DNA of 64,000 nucleotides from an uncultured Acetobacteraceae bacterium (GTDB lineage Bacteria; Pseudomonadota; Alphaproteobacteria; Acetobacterales; Acetobacteraceae): NCBI GenBank assembly GCA_964235485.1, contig CAXSAZ010000019.1, positions 8,984 to 72,983 of the forward strand, read 5' to 3'. Shown piece by piece: positions 55,592 to 64,000 of this stretch (position 1 is its first letter; each line of letters starts with the position of its first letter). The notes under the pieces were generated by a model. It saw only the letters and a program-made list of their open reading frames with translations, ran no database searches and was not told where the DNA came from. The position numbers and the translations under genes were made by a program.

Positions 55592-56347
55592 ATGCAACCC
55601 TCGCCCCCGGAGATCACTGTCCTTGACCTATTCAGCGGCATCGGAGGCTTCAGCCTCGGGCTTCATTGGGCCGGAATGCGGACCGTCGCGTTCTGCGAGG
55701 CCGCGCCCTTCGCCCGCCGGGTGCTCGCGCGCCACTGGCCCGGCGTGCCCGTGTATCGCGACATCCGCACCCTGTCCGCCGCCCGGCTGCAGGCGGACGG
55801 GGTGCCACGGCCCCAACTCCTGTGCGGCGGCTTCCCGTGCCAGGACATCAGCCTCGCCGGGCGCGGCGCGGGGATCGAGGGCGAGCGTTCGGGCTTGTGG
55901 TCCCACATGGCGCGCCTGGTCGCCGAGTGCCGACCGGACTGGGTGGTGGCTGAGAATGTTCCTGGCCTCCGAGGCCGGGGCGCGGACCGGGTGCTCGCTG
56001 AGTTGGAGGCTGCGGGCTACGCCTGCTGGCCGCTCGTGGTGGGTGCTGTCCATGCCGGGGCGCCGCACCGCCGCGCCCGGGTGTGGCTGGTGGCGCAAGC
56101 CGCTGCTGCCGACGCCGGTGGCACGGGATTGGAAGGATGGCAGCCCCCGGCAGCAGCACCGCCGCCGGGCCTGCCAACTGAACGACGCAGTGGGTGGGCG
56201 GCTGCACCCGGGGTTCGCCGAATGGATGCTGGGCTTCCCGCCGGGCTGGAGCGACTGCGGCGATGCCGCATCGAGGCGCTGGGTAATTCCGCCAGCCCAA
56301 CAACCGTTGCGATGATCGGCCGCGCTATAAGAACGTTATTAGCGTGA
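55592..56347 (+). CDS. Orphan phage-type C5 DNA methyltransferase (alpha frame: motifs I-VIII and X)
   Basis: DLFSGIGG (I), GGFPCQDIS (IV), ENV (VI), PHRRARVW (VIII), ALGNS (X); no motif IX in this frame. Confidence 0.88.
   Translation: MQPSPPEITVLDLFSGIGGFSLGLHWAGMRTVAFCEAAPFARRVLARHWPGVPVYRDIRTLSAARLQADGVPRPQLLCGGFPCQDISLAGRGAGIEGERSGLWSHMARLVAECRPDWVVAENVPGLRGRGADRVLAELEAAGYACWPLVVGAVHAGAPHRRARVWLVAQAAAADAGGTGLEGWQPPAAAPPPGLPTERRSGWAAAPGVRRMDAGLPAGLERLRRCRIEALGNSASPTTVAMIGRAIRTLLA
55956..56315 (+). CDS. Candidate overlapping beta polypeptide carrying C5-MTase motif IX
   Basis: Alternative frame reads LLPTPVARDWKDG...GRLHPGFAEWMLGFPPGW; start uncertain (ATG 55956 or 56052). Confidence 0.6.
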   Translation: MFLASEAGARTGCSLSWRLRATPAGRSWWVLSMPGRRTAAPGCGWWRKPLLPTPVARDWKDGSPRQQHRRRACQLNDAVGGRLHPGFAEWMLGFPPGWSDCGDAASRRWVIPPAQQPLR

Positions 56348-56473
56348 AAAGAATGTCACATCAGTGGCTTAGGTCACAAACCGGTGTTGAATGCAATTGT
56401 AGGTTTCACGGCGCCGTGTTTTCTAATGGATAAAGCCTGGGCTGCCCCGGCACCAGGCCGGTGAGGACGCAAG

Positions 56474-57421
56474 ATGGTCGCGAAGTCAGATTTGGAACCT
56501 TTGCTGTCTCGGTTGTACGAGGCGGCGCTCGACCCGGCCCTGTGGCCCGCGGCCTGGGCGGAGGCGACCGCGGCGGGCGGGATGGCGCCGTCGCTGGTGG
56601 TGATGGCGGACAACGACGACGCCGCGCCGCTGGCCGCACCCGGCTGGAGCCGGCACGCGGTGAAGCCGGCGCGGCCCGCCCTGGTGCAGGCGGCGCCCTA
56701 TGCCCGGCCGGAGCGCCCCGTGCCGCCCCCGGCCACGGACGCCGAGCGGGAAATCGCCGCCCAACTCGCCGCCCACCTGCGCCGGGCGGTGCGGCTGCGG
56801 GCGCGGCTGGCCACGGCGGAGGCGGTGCAGGCAGCCAACGCGGCGGCGCTGCAGGCTGCGGAGACCGGGGTGATGCTGGTCACGGCCGGCGGGCGCGTGG
56901 TCCACGCCGACCCCGCCGCGCGCCGCCTGGCGGACAGCGTGGGCTTGCAGCTCGATAGCCGCCGGGGCGCGTTGCAGGCGCTCGACCCGGCGGCGACGCG
57001 GCACTTGCAGGGCTTGGTGGCGGACGCGGCGGCGGGCGGCCTCGGGGGCGACATGCTGATGCGGGCGGGGGACGGCTCCGCGGTGGCGCTGGCGGTGTGC
57101 CGGATGGTGCCGCCGGAGGACGCGGACGGGGACCTGCCCACGGAGGAGGACGGGGAGCGCGTGCCGGGGCAGGCGTTGCTGACGCTGCGCCACCTGGGTC
57201 GGGTGCCGGCCAGCCCGCGGCGGGTGGCGGCGCTGTTCGGCCTGACGCGGGCGGAGGCGGACGTGGCCATTGCGGTGGCGGCCGGGCAGCAGGTCTCGGC
57301 GGTGGCCGCCGGGCGCGGCGTGTCGGCCAGCACGGTGCAGGCGCAGGTGCGCTCGGCGATGGGCAAGGCCGGGGTGCCGGGCCTGCAGGAGCTGAGCCAA
57401 TTGCTGGCCCGGCTGGGGTAG
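56474..57421 (+). CDS. LuxR-type HTH transcriptional regulator
   Basis: FGLTRAEADVA..VAAG....VA..RGVS.STVQAQV C-terminal HTH; PAS-like middle region. Confidence 0.82.
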   Translation: MVAKSDLEPLLSRLYEAALDPALWPAAWAEATAAGGMAPSLVVMADNDDAAPLAAPGWSRHAVKPARPALVQAAPYARPERPVPPPATDAEREIAAQLAAHLRRAVRLRARLATAEAVQAANAAALQAAETGVMLVTAGGRVVHADPAARRLADSVGLQLDSRRGALQALDPAATRHLQGLVADAAAGGLGGDMLMRAGDGSAVALAVCRMVPPEDADGDLPTEEDGERVPGQALLTLRHLGRVPASPRRVAALFGLTRAEADVAIAVAAGQQVSAVAAGRGVSASTVQAQVRSAMGKAGVPGLQELSQLLARLG

Positions 57422-57479
57422 TAGGCCGCCCCTCGCCAGCGGGCCGCCGCCCGGCGTAAGCTCCCGGCCTCGCGGAAGC

Positions 57480-58331
57480 ATGGGGAGCGCCGGGTTCATG
57501 CAGTTGATGGCCGGTGCCCCGGACGTGCCTGCCTCCGGCTTGCCCGCCCCCGGCTTGCCCGCCCCCGGCTTGCCCGCCCCCGGCTTGCCCGCCCCCGGCT
57601 TGCCCGCATTGGAACTGCGCGGGCTGCGCAAGGCGTTCAGCCGGGTGGCGGCGGTGGACGGGCTGGACCTCCTGGTGGAGCCTGGCGAGGTGTTCGCGTT
57701 GCTGGGTCCCAACGGCGCCGGCAAGACCACCACGCTGCGGATGGCCGTGGGGCTGCTGCGGCCCGATGCCGGGACCGTGCGGATCTTCGGCGTCGATGCC
57801 TTGGCGGACCCCCTGGCGGCCAAGCGGATCACGGCCTGGCTGCCGGACGAGCCGCTGTTGTACGACAAGCTGACCCCGCTGGAATACCTGGAGTTCGTGG
57901 CCGGCCTGTGGTCCGTGCCCCCGGCGGACGCCGCGGCGCGGGCGCGGGAGCTGCTGGAGCGCCTCGGCTTGTGGCCGCACCGGGCGGAGCGGTGCGAGGG
58001 CTTTTCCCGCGGGATGCGGCAGAAAACGATGCTGGCCGGGGCGCTGCTGCACGATCCCCGGCTGCTGGTCTTGGACGAGCCGCTGACCGGGCTGGACGCG
58101 GCGGCGGCGCGGGACGTTAAGGACCTGCTGCGCGCCCGGGTGCGGGCAGGGGGCAGCGTGGTGCTCACGACCCACATCCTGGACGTGGCGGAGCGCATGG
58201 CCGACCGCATCGGCATCATCGGCGGGGGACGGCTGTTGGAGGTCGGGCGCTTCGCCGAGCTGCGCGAGCGCCACCCGGGGCACGACACGCTGGAAGACCT
58301 GTTCCTGGCGCTGGTGGGCCGCCCGGCGTGA
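57480..58331 (+). CDS. ABC transporter ATP-binding protein
   Basis: GPNGAGKTT, FSRGMRQK, VLDEPLTGLD, TTH; start uncertain. Confidence 0.92.
   Translation: MGSAGFMQLMAGAPDVPASGLPAPGLPAPGLPAPGLPAPGLPALELRGLRKAFSRVAAVDGLDLLVEPGEVFALLGPNGAGKTTTLRMAVGLLRPDAGTVRIFGVDALADPLAAKRITAWLPDEPLLYDKLTPLEYLEFVAGLWSVPPADAAARARELLERLGLWPHRAERCEGFSRGMRQKTMLAGALLHDPRLLVLDEPLTGLDAAAARDVKDLLRARVRAGGSVVLTTHILDVAERMADRIGIIGGGRLLEVGRFAELRERHPGHDTLEDLFLALVGRPA
57535..57607 (+). repeat. 15-bp tandem repeat (~4.9 copies) encoding PGLPA
   Basis: CCGGCTTGCCCGCCC x4 plus 13/15 of a fifth unit. Confidence 0.95.
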
Positions 58332-59812
58332 GGAGCGCGCCCGGCTCGGTGCCTTGGCTGCTGCGCTACGAGCTGCTGCTGCAATGGCGGCGCTGGGGCC
58401 GGGGCCGCGCGCTGCCCGGCGCGGTGCTGCTCGCGGTTGTGCTGGCGGCGCAGGCGGGCGGGCTTGGGGCGGCGTGGGTGGCGCGGGAGGTGGTGGCGGG
58501 GCTGCCGGGCCGGATCGCGCTGGCCAACGCGGCGCTGCTGGCGGCGGGGCTGCTCATGCTGTCCAACGCGCTGGATGCGGCGCTGGCGGCGCTGTTCGAG
58601 CGGCGGGACCTCCATTGGCTGCTGGCCTCGCCCGTGCCGTTCCGCCGGGTGCTGGCGGCGCGGCTGGGGGGCGTCGCCGCGGTGGTGGCGGGTCCGTGGC
58701 TGCTGCTGGGCGGAGCGGCGGCGAACGGGATGGCGGTGCTGGGGGAGCCGGGATGGCTTGCGGCCTACCCGGTGGTGGGCGTCCTGGCGCTCGTGGCCGC
58801 GGCCGTGGGGACGGCGGGGGCGGTCGGCCTGGTGGCGGGGATCGGCTTGCGGCGGGCGCGGCGGGTGCTGGCTGCTGCGGGCATGGCGGTGGGCGGGCTG
58901 GCGTTCCTGGGCAGCCAATCGGCCGTGCTGCTGCCGCCGTGGCTGCAGGCGGCGGCGTGGGACGCCTTGTCGCCGCCGTGCTGCAACGTGCCGTCCGGGG
59001 CGGGCTGGTGGCCGGCACGGGCGCTGCTGGGGGAGCCAGGGCCGTTGCTGGCCGTGGCGTTCCTGGGGGTGGGAATGGCGGGGGCTGCGGCCTGGGGGCT
59101 GGAGCGGCAATTCGTTCGCGGCGCCGCGGCGGGGGAGGGGTTCCAACCGTCGCGCGCCGTCGGGCGGGGCGTGGAAACCGGGCGGTTCCGCCGCGGACCG
59201 GCCGGGGCGCTGCTGCGCAAGGAGCTGCGGCTGCTGTGGCGCACGCCGGGGCTGCTGGGGCGGGCGGCCTACCCGTTGATCTATGCCGTGCCCGCCGCGG
59301 CGGGGCTGTGGGGCGGCGGCGGCATGGCGCCGGTCTGGCTCGGCACGGTGACGGTGTTCGTGGCGGGAAGCGTGGCGCGGCTGCTGATGGCCACCGTGGC
59401 CGGCGCGGACGAGGGGGCGGAGCTGGCCGCCACCGCCCCTGTGCCGCCCGGCGCCGTGCAGGCGGCGAAGATGGTCGCCGCCGGGCTGGGGACGGCGGCG
59501 GTGGCGGCGCTCCCGGCGGGAGCGGCGGCGTGGTGGCAACCGGGGCTGACGCTGCCGCTGCTGGGCGGCGTCGCGGGCGTGGCAGCGTCGGGGCTGCTGC
59601 TGGGGGTGTGGCATCCTGCCCCGGCGCGGCGGACCGACCTCGGCGCGCGGAGAACAGGAAGCGCGGGCGTCGGGCTGCTGGGTGCGGCCATCGACGCGGC
59701 CTGGTCGGGGGCCGCGGCGCTGGCGATGCGCGGGAACGCTTGGGCGGCACTGCCGGCGGCGGTGGCGGTGGCGGTGGCGCTGCTGGCCTTCGCCCGGCCG
59801 CGGCGGCGCTGA
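58328..59812 (+). CDS. ABC exporter permease (multi-TM membrane protein)
   Basis: Hydrophobic segments; LFERRDL.WLL.SP; LLRKELRLLWR; GTGA overlap with the ATPase. Confidence 0.8.
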   Translation: MRSAPGSVPWLLRYELLLQWRRWGRGRALPGAVLLAVVLAAQAGGLGAAWVAREVVAGLPGRIALANAALLAAGLLMLSNALDAALAALFERRDLHWLLASPVPFRRVLAARLGGVAAVVAGPWLLLGGAAANGMAVLGEPGWLAAYPVVGVLALVAAAVGTAGAVGLVAGIGLRRARRVLAAAGMAVGGLAFLGSQSAVLLPPWLQAAAWDALSPPCCNVPSGAGWWPARALLGEPGPLLAVAFLGVGMAGAAAWGLERQFVRGAAAGEGFQPSRAVGRGVETGRFRRGPAGALLRKELRLLWRTPGLLGRAAYPLIYAVPAAAGLWGGGGMAPVWLGTVTVFVAGSVARLLMATVAGADEGAELAATAPVPPGAVQAAKMVAAGLGTAAVAALPAGAAAWWQPGLTLPLLGGVAGVAASGLLLGVWHPAPARRTDLGARRTGSAGVGLLGAAIDAAWSGAAALAMRGNAWAALPAAVAVAVALLAFARPRRR

Positions 59813-59918
59813 AAAGCAGGCCGGTGCCGACCAGGCGCCCCATGCCGCACGCCCGCGTCGCCGCTGCCCCTCGCCCGGCCGCGGCAGGCGTGGCAGCGCG
59901 CGGCGCGGGCAGCCTCCG

Positions 59919-60467
59919 TTACGCGGCGGCTTGCTGCTTCAAGCGGTCGCTGAACAGCTTGCGGAGCTTGGCCACCTTGGGGTTGATCACCGCGCGGCAG
60001 TAGCCGCTCCAAGGATTGCGGGCGTAGTAATCCTGGTGCTCGTCCTCGGCCCGGTAGAACGTGGTCAGCGGCACGACCTCGGTGACAATGGGGTTGTCCC
60101 ACACGTGGGCGGCGTCGATCTCCGCCTTGACGGCGCGGGCGGTCTCGGCCTGAGCGTCCGAGTGGGTCAGGATAATCGAACGGTACTGTGGCCCGGCGTC
60201 CGCGCCCTGGCGGTTCGGCGTGGTCGGGTCGTGCATGGTGAAGAACACGCGGAGGAGGTCGGCATAGCTGATTTCCGCCGGGTCAAAGGTGACCTGGACG
60301 ACCTCGGCATGGCCGGTACGCTTGCCGCAAACCTGCTCATAGGTTGGGTTGGGCACGGTGCCGCCGGCATAGCCGGACACGGAGCCATGCACGCCGCGGA
60401 GCGACAGGAACACCGGCTCCAGGCACCAGAAGCAGCCGCCGCCGAGGGTTGCGAGTTCGGTCGTCAT
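59919..60467 (-). CDS. msrA: Peptide methionine sulfoxide reductase A
   Basis: GGGCFWC, GYAGG, GHAEVVQV, RQGAD.G.QYRS, AEDEHQDYY. Confidence 0.96.
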   Translation of the reverse strand: MTTELATLGGGCFWCLEPVFLSLRGVHGSVSGYAGGTVPNPTYEQVCGKRTGHAEVVQVTFDPAEISYADLLRVFFTMHDPTTPNRQGADAGPQYRSIILTHSDAQAETARAVKAEIDAAHVWDNPIVTEVVPLTTFYRAEDEHQDYYARNPWSGYCRAVINPKVAKLRKLFSDRLKQQAAA

Positions 60468-60684
60468 GATGGGGGTCCTTTGCAGGGAGGGTGCATATGT
60501 GGCGCGGAGGCGGGGGGAACTCAAGGCGGGGTGGGGGCTTGCGGCGACCGAGACGCACGCAGCGGCGGTTCGTTTGGTGCTGCCGGTTTGTTGCGGCGGC
60601 TGGTAAACCGTGTGACGCTGGTAGCGAATTCGGGAGCTTGGCAGGGCTGGCGGCGTTGGGTGGTTCTCAGCCCAGAAAGCGCCC

Positions 60685-61060
60685 ATGTCGCTTCGAGCGC
60701 AACCGCCGATCCCGCCCGTGCCCGACGACACTGCCCGGGTGGCCTGCGCCGCGTTCCAAACCCGCAATCCCTATCTGATCCTGCACGACCGGCTCGGCAC
60801 GTTATTCACGCGCAAATCCTTCGGATTTCGCTGCGGATGCCGACTTCGCCGATCTCTGTCCCAAGCGCGGGCAGCCGGCTTATGCGCCGTGGCGGCTCGC
60901 GCTGGTGACGCTCATGCAGTTCCGCGAAGGGCTAAGCGACCGGCAAGCGGCGGAAGCCGTGCGTGCTCGGATCGACTGGAGATACTTGCTGGCGCTTGAC
61001 CTGGCCGACCCAGGCTTTGATCGCAGCGTGCTGTGCGAGTTTCGCGACAGGCTGCTGGCC
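60685..61060 (+). pseudogene. IS1182-like transposase N-terminal remnant, frameshifted by a 25-bp insertion
   Basis: VPDDTARVA.AAF...NPYL.L.DRLG.LFT / [44 protein letters not shown]. Confidence 0.82.
60811..60833 (+). repeat. Minimal form of the CG-flanked element (termini only)
   Basis: CG|CGCAAATC-CTTCGGA-TTTCGCTG|CG; removing 25 bp restores TTC ACG GAT GCC (F-T-D-A). Confidence 0.72.
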
Positions 61061-61192
61061 CGTGGTGACCAGTACCGGGCAACCGTGATCGGCTGACGCG
61101 CGAGATCGACCAGGGCGGCCGGGAGACGGGCGGCCGGGTCCACGAGGTTTGCGGGAAGTGGTGACAAAGATGGCCTGACAGTTGACCGGCAG

Positions 61193-61440
61193 GCGCACGC
61201 GAGCTCGCGAAAACGCGGAGCGTTTGCCGCTGGGAACGTCCGGACGTGGCGCGGCACCGGCAGGCCTGGTTCGACGGCCAGCTCGAGCTCGACCCCGAGC
61301 GGCTGATCTTTGTGGATGAAAGCGGGGCCAACACAAAGATGGCACGGCTCCGTGGTCGTGCCGCGCGAGGCGAACGGTGCCAGGCCGCGGTGCCGCACGG
61401 GCACTGGAAGACCACGACGTTTGTGCGCGCGCTCCGCGGC
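61193..61440 (+). pseudogene. IS630-family transposase internal remnant
   Basis: [61 protein letters not shown]. Confidence 0.85.
61203..61233 (+). repeat. Degenerate copy of the element core inside the IS630 remnant
   Basis: GCTCGCGAAAACGCG-GAGC-GTTTGCCGCTGG vs GCTCGCCGAAACGCG-CAAC-GTTTGCGGCTGG. Confidence 0.6.
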
Positions 61441-61930
61441 ACGGCCGGGTCGCACAACAGGGCGCGCGCGATCGAGACGCGCTGGCGTTGGCCGCCGGAC
61501 AACTGGTGCGGGTAGCGGTCGGCCAGGCCGGACAAGCCCAACAGGGTCAGCCAGTCGCCAACGGCGGCGGACGAGGCTTGCTGCCGCGGGCGGGACCGAC
61601 CTGAAGCGGCAGCTCGACGTTCTGCCGCACCGTGCGCCAAGGCAGCAGCGTCGCGTCCTGGAACACGAAAGCCACCTGGCGCTGCCGTCGAGCTTCGCCC
61701 GGCGGCCGGCCCAGCACGGCGAGGTGCCCGGCGAGCGGCGCCAGCAGGTCGGCCACCACCCGCAGGAAGCTCGACTTGCCGCAACCGGACGGACCCAGGA
61801 TGGTCAGGAACTCGCCGGGCGGCACCGTCAGGTCGAGGTCGGCCAGCACCGGCACGGCCTTCCCGCGCAGCGGGTAGCCAAACGCCAGCTTTCTCGCGTC
61901 GATGGCCGGCACGGTGGTGGCGGGATCCAT
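61441..61930 (-). pseudogene. Sulfonate/NMT1-type ABC ATPase, frameshifted and truncated
   Basis: GPSGCGKS; [15 protein letters not shown] lies in another frame; ends at the IS630 remnant before Walker B. Confidence 0.8.
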
Positions 61931-61938
61931 GCCCCCTG

Positions 61939-62658
61939 TCACGCGAACTTGGGTCGTTCGCCCGCCGTCATGGTCAGGATCGCGTCCGTGCAGCAGTCCT
62001 CCAGCCTGGGAGCGCCGCCTTTGAACTGGCCGATCCGGTCATAGGCCGCGATCTGCTCCTGAAGGGCGGCCGGGTCGAACGTGCCCCAGCCCTTGTCCTG
62101 GGTGGCCGCATCGAAGCTGAGCGCCAGGATGCGCGGCACCGTCTTGAGTTCGACGTCGCGGTCGAGCTGCGGGTAGGCGTCCACCGTGAGGTTCGCGGCG
62201 TCCTCGGGATGGTCGTGCGTCCACGCCCACCCCTTCGCGATGGCGCGCAGGGCCTTTGCCAGCGTTTCCGCGTCGTGCCCGAGAGCCTCGTCGGTGGCGA
62301 AGTACACGTTGGCGTAGGATGGCAGGCCCGTGTCCTTCATCGGCAGGTCGATGCGGTCGGGGCCGATCACCGACAGCGCCTTGGCGTTGGTGATCCACCC
62401 CGTCACCGCGTCGACCTGGCCCGTCACGAGCGGGGTCATGTCGAACCCGATGTTGGTGACGGCGAGGCTGGAAGGGTCGATCTTGTTCTTGTTCAGGATG
62501 GCGTCGAGCACGAAGGCGCTTTTGAAATCCGCGAAGCCTGGGGCGCCGCGCCGCGGCTTGAAGCCGAGCTTGTCCACGTAGAAGGCGCTGGCCCGCTCGA
62601 CGTCCGCGACGAGGAAGCAGATGTCCGTGATGGGATGAGTTTGCGCGAAGGTCGTCAT
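61939..62658 (-). pseudogene. Chimeric ORF: VOC/glyoxalase N-terminus fused to NMT1/THI5-like binding-protein C-terminus
   Basis: ITDICFLVADVERASAFYVDKLGFK (VOC), then NIGFDMTPLVTGQVDAVTGW...YANVYFA (NMT1-like); junction ~62520. Confidence 0.7.
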
Positions 62659-62751
62659 GGAAGGTCTCCGATGCCGAGGCTCCCATGCCCGGAACGGCGC
62701 GGCTTTCAAGATCCTGCATTTGCTTTGCTTGAACCTGCTGTCCGGTGGCGG

Positions 62752-63621
62752 TCAGGCCAGGCGCGACTGCCTGAACTGCTTCGGGGTCGCTCCCGTCCGC
62801 TTCCGGAACACGGTTGAGAAGTGGGCTTGGCTGGAGAAGCCGGCGGCATAGGCGATCAGCGACAGCGGGGCGCTGCCGTCCACCAGGAGGCGGCAAGCCC
62901 GCTCGATGCGCCGCGACAGGATGAACTGGTGGGGCGCGACGCCCAGGGCCTGCTTGAAGGCGCGGCTGAACTGCGACACGCTCATGTGGGCTGCTTCGGC
63001 CAGGACCGCCACGGTCAGGTCTTGCCGGGCCAGCTCGGACTCGATGCAATCGAGCACGCGCCTCAGCCTGCGCGCGTCCAAGGGTGTCGTCTCGCGCTCC
63101 GGGTCTGACCGCAGGCCGAGCAGCCTGACCACGCAGCGGGCAAGGCCGATGCCGAGGTGCTCGGTCGTCAGCGGATCGGCCGCGTCGCCGGCCTGGGCAG
63201 CCGCCGCGAGCGCCAACGCCAAATGGAGCGTCATGGCGTCCGCCCTCGCACTCAACTGCCGCTCGTCCCCCAGGCCGCCGACGCCGCCGGTCCACCCGGC
63301 GTCGCAGAACACGCGCGGGTGCTGAAAGATCGAGATGTAGTCAGCCCCGTCGCCCTCGACCTCCAGAAGCTTGCCGGCGGGCTGGAGGCCGAGCGTGAAG
63401 GCCGGACGCTCCATCGTCCGGAACGCGCCCCCGTCGTATCGGTAGGCATACCGGCCGTGGGCAGTCCGGTTGATCGAGATGCGGTGCAGGGCGCCCTGTG
63501 ACCACATGACGCCGGCGTCGCTGCTGTAGGTTTCAACGATGAGGCCGTGCGAGGCCGCGCGCTTGTAGCGCTCCAGGTGAGGTCGCTTGATGGACAACAC
63601 TTGCGGGTCGAGCGGAGCCAT
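62752..63621 (-). CDS. AraC-family transcriptional regulator
   Basis: LAEAAHMSVSQFSRAFKQALGVAPHQF, IAYAAGFSSQAHFSTVFRKRTGATP. Confidence 0.92.
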   Translation of the reverse strand: MAPLDPQVLSIKRPHLERYKRAASHGLIVETYSSDAGVMWSQGALHRISINRTAHGRYAYRYDGGAFRTMERPAFTLGLQPAGKLLEVEGDGADYISIFQHPRVFCDAGWTGGVGGLGDERQLSARADAMTLHLALALAAAAQAGDAADPLTTEHLGIGLARCVVRLLGLRSDPERETTPLDARRLRRVLDCIESELARQDLTVAVLAEAAHMSVSQFSRAFKQALGVAPHQFILSRRIERACRLLVDGSAPLSLIAYAAGFSSQAHFSTVFRKRTGATPKQFRQSRLA

Positions 63622-63730
63622 GGAGAACACCTCCCCGAACCTGCTTGCAAGTCCCGTGCAAGGTCGCCTGGACGCGACACGGGTGGTGACTGCACGAACC
63701 GAGCCGGGATGGCCACGCGGAGTTGCAGTC

Positions 63731-63758
63731 CTGTCCGGAACCGACCGGTTTCGGGCAG
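63731..63758. promoter_or_regulatory. res-site-like 28-bp inverted repeat
   Basis: CTGTCCGGAACCG-AC-CGGTTTCGGGCAG (11/13 match); similar half-site TTTTCGGACA at 63825-34; upstream of a resolvase start. Confidence 0.5.
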
Positions 63759-63844
63759 GATCCGACATGCCATCCGCAAAATAACTGCCCAATATCTCAG
63801 ATATAAAGCGGATTCTAAACATCCTTTTCGGACAAGTTCGGCCC

Positions 63845-63920
63845 ATGCCTCGCACCTTCGCCTATGTTCGCGTATCCACCGCCGGCTAAACCAACTATAA
63901 CCAGCTTGGGGACCTTGGAT
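63845..63920 (+). pseudogene. Serine resolvase/invertase remnant
   Basis: MPRTFAYVRVSTAG followed by TAA where Gln is expected; YxRVST catalytic motif. Confidence 0.75.
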
Positions 63921-64000
63921 GATTGCCGTCGCGCGGTGCCGGAAGGTTTAAACCCGTCCAGAAGCCATGTTTTCCGAAGCCGGGCTGTCCTTGTTCATTC

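Overview
High-GC alphaproteobacterial chromosome segment; the gene content (fzlA, gltD-gltB order, Acetobacteraceae-style secreted repeat protein) suggests Acetobacteraceae/Rhodospirillales, but that is inference. Most of the window is ordinary metabolism and transport. The stand-out locus is an RNA-repair operon at 19.1-23.8 kb. It has a divergent XRE regulator, a palindromic operator and a sigma70-type promoter. A tandem array of four Y-RNA-like units follows; they share one bulged-helix Ro-binding module but carry four different internal domains, one being a full circularly permuted tRNA mimic. Next come rsr/Ro60 and an rtcB split at its catalytic Cys by a 349-aa intein carrying an HNH domain and a C2H2 zinc finger. 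Other notable signals: a short CG-flanked repeat element inserted in frame in two adjacent genes and out of frame in dead transposases; an orphan C5 DNA methyltransferase whose motif IX sits in an overlapping alternative frame; a candidate nuclease toxin-immunity pair; and several deletion-fusion remnants. All calls come from reading sequence and motifs by eye; no database searches or folding programs were run.
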